A stretch of 64,000 bases of DNA from Macrostomum lignano (Eukaryota). A program made the translations under genes and the position numbers. Below the pieces are notes generated by a model that worked only from the letters and a program-made list of their open reading frames with translations, was not told the DNA's origin and made no database searches. The DNA lies in contig NIVC01000046.1 of assembly GCA_002269645.1 (NCBI GenBank), forward strand, positions 1-64,000. Reading direction: 5' to 3'. Shown piece after piece: positions 58,859 through 64,000 of the stretch (position 1 is its first letter; every line of letters starts with the position of its first letter).

Positions 58859-60387
58859 TCCGTGTCCCTATTTCAGCTCTGACTGTGAAGAGTCCATGCC
58901 AGTTAAAACTTTCAAGTTAGCATCGCCCTAGTTGCAGACAAAATAGTTCTATTTCAGTTCCGCATCTGCACCCTATTCTCCCAAAACTCGTATCTTCTCT
59001 AGGATTTCTGTTTCGTCTTCCATAAACAGTTGGAGCAGCAGTGCAGCTCCTGCTGTGTTTGACAAGCTCAAACAGCACCTGAGAACTGCCGTTAACCACT
59101 TGAAATTGGAATATCACCAGCTTGAATAAATATTCACACAGTTCGGCATTCAAAGAAGCTGCCATGGCACTGAATACGCAAACAATGTCTCCGATGGCAG
59201 CATGGCAGTATTTGCTGATTTGCTCATCTACAGGAGACACAATATGGATCGATGAAGGAAATGTATTTCTGGAAATTTGTCTTTACTAAAGAGGTTTGCC
59301 GTCAAAAGTACTGCGTTGATAGAAAAAAATCAGACTTCATTAGGTCGACAGGAAGATTAAGAGTTAAAAGTACAACTCGAAAACCCGACTGTACTTTTAA
59401 ACTGGTATATTGGACCGTTTTCTATTGGACTATTCCCTATAGACTTTGAGAACAATAGAACCAACCATGAAGTTGCCAGTTCAATCGATAAAATGTTGAT
59501 TGGCAGTTGCTTCTTTTGCAATTCCGCGTCACGTGCTGCTGTCGCTAAAAGGCTGAAAAGACAGAATCCGTCGCAGGAGACACTACTTACAGTAAAAATG
59601 ATAGATAGATTTAAAGACAGCGATGAGGTGCTCACTCCGATACTCCTAGAACTTAAAACGCTAGGATGAGATGACACATTCATTTGGGTCTTTTGTGCAT
59701 TTAAATTTGCCTAGGGGGTACACGTAAGATTCACCCAGCTAGCCATGAGGCTCAACCCAAAAGGCACAGAGTGTACTTGCTTGGTGAATGTACACCCTGT
59801 GTGAGCGTGTGTATGAGTGTGTGCCCGCGTACAGCATTGCCATAGCTTGCATGCTGAGGAGTCAGCAGAATTGACAGAATTGCCGTCATTGCTGGTTGTG
59901 GCACCGATGTCACCGAAGGCGCTGCGCCAGGTGCCCCGCAGCTTTTTTGCGAATGTTATTGATGATTTATTTGTTGCAGGTATCAATAAGGACAAAATAT
60001 TTATTAATATTTTATCTATAGCTAGATGTTGAACTTTACCAGCTTTTTTCATTAGGTCGTAGGCTTCCACCTGACTGACATTTTGTCCACCCCTTCGACT
60101 AAGGTTATCCTCTTGCCTTTAACTCTTCTTTTTTATAACCGACAGCTCAGCCGCAGCTATTGCGCGGCGCATCTGAACGCTGTTTCAGTCCAAGGACTGG
60201 GGGGGGGGTCGCCACACACACACAACCTCAATTACCCCAGCTAATGCTGGCACCCATTTTACAGCTGGGTGAACTGAAGCAATGCAGAGTTAAGGCTTGG
60301 TGTGTGGTGTGACATTTCAGCCGTGAGTCCTATGCTCAAACCCCTGCTCTACAATCCCATTCAACTGCACACCCCTCGCCCGTGCAG

Positions 60388-61167
60388 ATGTGCATCTACT
60401 GCTGGTTCGCGGCCACCCTGGGCCTTGGCAACGTCGAGGCCAATCCTCTGTTCCGCTTCGAGCGGTTCTACTGGCCGGCGTCGGCCTTCCTGGCACCCCG
60501 GGACGCCCTGATCGGCACGGAGATGGCGGCCAGCTTCTGCCTGGCTGTGGACCGCGCCCTGGCCGTCTTCCAGCCGCTGTCCACTCGTTGGAACCGTCGC
60601 ACAGCCAGCGGGCTGTTCCTGGCCATGGCTGCGCCCTTCATGGCTGCTGGCTGCGCCGTTCCCATTGCGGAATCGCTGACCAGCAGCTGCGACATTCGAA
60701 TGCGCCTCGGCGAAGCCATCCGCTGGCTGCACATGCTCATCGCCGCGTCCCTGTTTGTCGGATCGTCAGTCGCTTACGCTGCGACTTTTGTGCGACTTCT
60801 GCAGCACAGAAGCCAGCAGCAACAGACGCAGAACAACTGCATGCTCCGCCTGTGTGCCATGCTGACCGTCCTGGCTGCCTGTCGCCTGGTGATCATTGCG
60901 CCCTTCACGGTGCACTACCTTCTGGCTGAGACTGGACTCACCATGCCGTTCGCTCTGCATCACACTTTCCTGCTGGGCTGCCTCACAGACCCCTTGGTTC
61001 AGTTTGTCTTCATGGCCGAGCTGAGGAGAGAAGTGAAACGAATGTTGAGTCGCTGCGTGAGATGCTGTCCCGCCCAGAGTTATTGCTGTCGTCATGGCAA
61101 CACGGTTGGCGTCTTTACCAACGATCTCGCGGTGAATGAGACTGTGGTTGGAGACAGTCCGAACTGA
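60388..61167 (+). CDS. Class A GPCR exon 2 (TM3-TM7)
   Basis: Acceptor GTGCAG|ATG in phase 0; AVDRALAVFQPL (DRY-like), TDPLVQF (NPxxY-like) and hydrophobic helices. Spliced product is about 352 aa. Confidence 0.85.
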   Translation: MCIYCWFAATLGLGNVEANPLFRFERFYWPASAFLAPRDALIGTEMAASFCLAVDRALAVFQPLSTRWNRRTASGLFLAMAAPFMAAGCAVPIAESLTSSCDIRMRLGEAIRWLHMLIAASLFVGSSVAYAATFVRLLQHRSQQQQTQNNCMLRLCAMLTVLAACRLVIIAPFTVHYLLAETGLTMPFALHHTFLLGCLTDPLVQFVFMAELRREVKRMLSRCVRCCPAQSYCCRHGNTVGVFTNDLAVNETVVGDSPN

Positions 61168-61304
61168 CTGGAGAGCTCTGTGAAATTGGACCGCAAAATC
61201 TTTTGAAATTTTTATTCGTGTTGCAGATTTTTTACGAGAAATGTTGGAGAAATTCTTTATGTTGAACTTGGAAAAAATGAGATGCGATCGTGTCTTCATA
61301 ACAT

Positions 61305-61560
61305 CCACCGCACATTCAGCATCCACAGTACCTTCATCATCCACTTCATCTTCATCATCCACTTAATCTTCATAATCCACCTCATCTTCATCATCCACCG
61401 CACCTTCATCATCCACTTCATCTTCATCATCCACTTCATCTTCATCATCCACTTTATCTTCATCATCCACTTTATCTTCATCATTCACTTCATTTTTATC
61501 ATCCACCTCATCTTCATCATCCACTTCATCTTCATCATACACAGCACCTTCATCATCAAC
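61305..61560. repeat. 18-bp low-complexity repeat (CATCATCCACTTCATCTT)
   Basis: Direct inspection of the sequence. Confidence 0.9.
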
Positions 61561-63224
61561 TGCACCATCCACGTCACCTTAATTTTTCACCGCACCTCCA
61601 GCATCCACTGAATCTTCATCCGGCACCCATCCGCGACAGCAAGTCAGAAAACTACATGCGCAAAACCTAAAAATGTACCTGTAAGTTTTCTGGTTTCACA
61701 TGCAAGCGCCTAAGATCCGTATACACAAACTATACAAAAAGAGACCCAGTTTGTTCTGTTTTTCCGAGTCCACTTTCGATTTTCGCGCCATCAATCACTC
61801 AATCTTCACGGGCTTTTTTAATTAAAATCTTCTCTCGAACCTTGCAAGCTGTAATTTATATTGAGACCAGACCGAATACTTGATGTTACAGAATCTGTTT
61901 ATATGCTACTCGATCGACTCTTGGCGGCTCTCCATGCAGGGTTGCTTGATTTCCCAGTGGATGCGTCAAGTCATAAAACAGCTTGCGGTTCCCCTTTTCG
62001 CAGAAATCTGTGGAGCTGAATTAACATGCGAGCTGCGAAATGAGGGTCGGTGGCCATTTTTATGACCTGCATGGGCTGTGGATGGAGCATGCATGGACTG
62101 GAAGCAAACCCCCTATCAGAAGCAGAAAGCCTTGGATGTTCTTCCAGTTTGCAAAGGTAGATAAAAACATCTTCAGCAGAACCTGACATGTATAATAATG
62201 ACTGAAGGAGGGCCGTGTGGGGGCACCCTGACGCAGCGCCTTCAGTGACGTCATGCTGCAACCAGCGCTGACTGCAATTCTGCCTATTACGCCGACTCCT
62301 GACTGAGCACATGCAAGCACGCCAATACTGTACACACAGGGTGTGGGTTGGCTTGTGGGTTGGCCCTTCATGGGTGTGAATCACACGACAAAAACCCCCG
62401 ACAAATTTACACGATAACTTTACAAAACACTGCATGTCCATCATACAATCTCAGTGAAAGATGGCGACTCAAGGTTTATAAAGCAAGAGAATTCTGCAAC
62501 TTATACGGAATTGGAGTGATCTATCAGGTTAGGGGCCGCAAATTTATAACTGAGCTCAAGCATTAATTAATGCTGGATTAAATCCATCCATCAATTAGCG
62601 ACTCCCTAGTGACCATATAAAAGTATAAAACTGCCCTTACTTTACAGTCAGGTAAAGCTTAAAAAGGTCGTCGCCTCAGTTATTTTTAACTGAGTTAGAA
62701 AGGCCTGCTTTTCCTCTCGAAACACGCAGCGAGCCAATATTTTACGCTTACCTTCATGTTAGTAGCTTACTAAATGTACGAGCGTATTCCTAAATGTATA
62801 CTAAATGTAACAGGGAACTCCATCGCGTCACGTCAAAAAATGTCTTACCAATTTATATCTGACTTTATTCAGGATCGCAAGAACTGCATGTCTGGTTGGA
62901 CTGCAAAAGACTGAACGGTGCGTGAAGTGAATATTAACAGTAGGAATACCAAGCCATTTTTCCGCCCGTCGAACTACCAAGAGGGGGGGGGAAAATTCCC
63001 CCCCCCTGACAATTTTTTTTGCTGCGCCGGAACGGAGCAACGCAGACACACAAAATTCAAGAACACGGGCTAACTTTTTGTTGCGCACATTCTCAAACAA
63101 AAATCAAGTCGCCAGCCCTCCGGACCGTCAAGATATTCGACGATTCTGCCAGAAGGTCGGATTTTTCCCATAAGCGCTAGTGTATTCAGTACACCCCTGT
63201 GCGCCAATTAGCACTGCGCCTCAG

Positions 63225-64000
63225 TGCAGCCTTGCCAAGTCTCCAAATTTCATCAGCACGTCGACCACATGTGTCTGCATCAGCTCTGACTTCGTTGGTC
63301 ACTAGCCTTCACCCAGGCGGAGCTTCTGGACCTTCAACAGGTGGCACCAAGTGACTATGGACACTCTGATGCGAATTTCTCTAGTTTCGCCGATCAAGCC
63401 TCGACAGTAGGCAAGCCTCAACTGCCGGACACCTTCAGCTAGTCTCCTAAGCATTTAGCTATCACCCCGACGCCGTCGGCACCTTCAACAGGTGGCACCA
63501 GGGGAGTAAGGACACCTGAGCGTGATTTTTCAAAATCGAAAATCGAAAAATCGAATTATTCGAAAAGCTGTTTAGTTTATTCAACTATAATATTGAACCC
63601 AATTTTTATGCAGAAAGGGTTATGCTTTTAAGAAGCCAGTAAATTCAATCGGTTTTTTATTTTTTAATGATTCAGAAATGTTAAGAGCATGATGAAAAAT
63701 CACGCTCAGGTGTCCTTACTCCCCTGGTGCCACCTGTTGAAGGTGCCGACGGCGTCGGGGTGATGGCTAAATGCTTAGGGGACTAGCTGAAGGTGTCCGG
63801 CAGTTGAGGCTTGCCTACTGTCGAGGCTTGATCGGCGAAACTAGAGAAATTCGCATCAGGGTTTCCATAGTCACTTGGTGTCATCTGTTGAAGGTCCAGA
63901 AGCTCCGCCTGGGTGAAGGCTAGTGACCAACGAAGTCAGAGCTGATGCAGACACATGTGGTCGACGTGCTGATGAAATTTGGAGACTTGGCAAGGCTGCA
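63225..64000. repeat. Long inverted repeat (foldback/MITE-like); right arm runs off the window
   Basis: 63225-~63530 is the near-perfect reverse complement of ~63695-64000, with a ~165-bp AT-rich spacer. Confidence 0.93.

Noticed and set aside
58870-60130. Possible decayed transposase or gene in the GPCR intron
   Set aside because: Short, interrupted frames with no motif I can identify.
60170-60300. Possible SINE/L2-type tail (..CCCATTTTACAGCTGGGTGAACTG..)
   Set aside because: Resemblance from memory only, too short to call without a repeat library search.
61363-61572. Acidic (DDEDEV)n protein
   Set aside because: An 18-bp low-complexity repeat with no supporting gene structure.

Overview
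Intron-containing, repeat-rich animal DNA. The style suggests a Macrostomum-like flatworm, but that is an inference I cannot confirm. The core of the window is a minus-strand tandem family of three paralogous genes plus a short relic. The ORF track shows them as unrelated pieces. Splice-site phases indicate each splices as: a long, copy-number-variable array of atypical 33-aa ankyrin repeats, a constant region with 3 canonical ankyrins, a 54-nt linker exon, a nucleotidyltransferase exon (GSxAEG...SDID), and a Mab-21/cGAS-like C-terminal exon. This gives an ankyrin-array cGAS-like receptor (ANK-cGLR). Unit B (39994-22456) is predicted intact at 1733 aa with about 27 variable repeats. Unit C (54151-49082) has about 16 repeats and one premature in-frame TAA. 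Unit A (8835-5321) is a pseudogene whose last exon is interrupted by the end of a Polinton/adintovirus-like element (1-5320), which carries integrase, PLA2-like, pX-like and orphan ORFs. The window also contains an intact compact Gypsy element, a decayed Gypsy, two solo LTRs with 4-bp TSDs, a Tc1-like deletion derivative, a MITE, a LINE fragment, an RRM exon, a divergent ETS-domain exon, a two-exon class A GPCR, many minisatellites and a long inverted repeat at the right edge.
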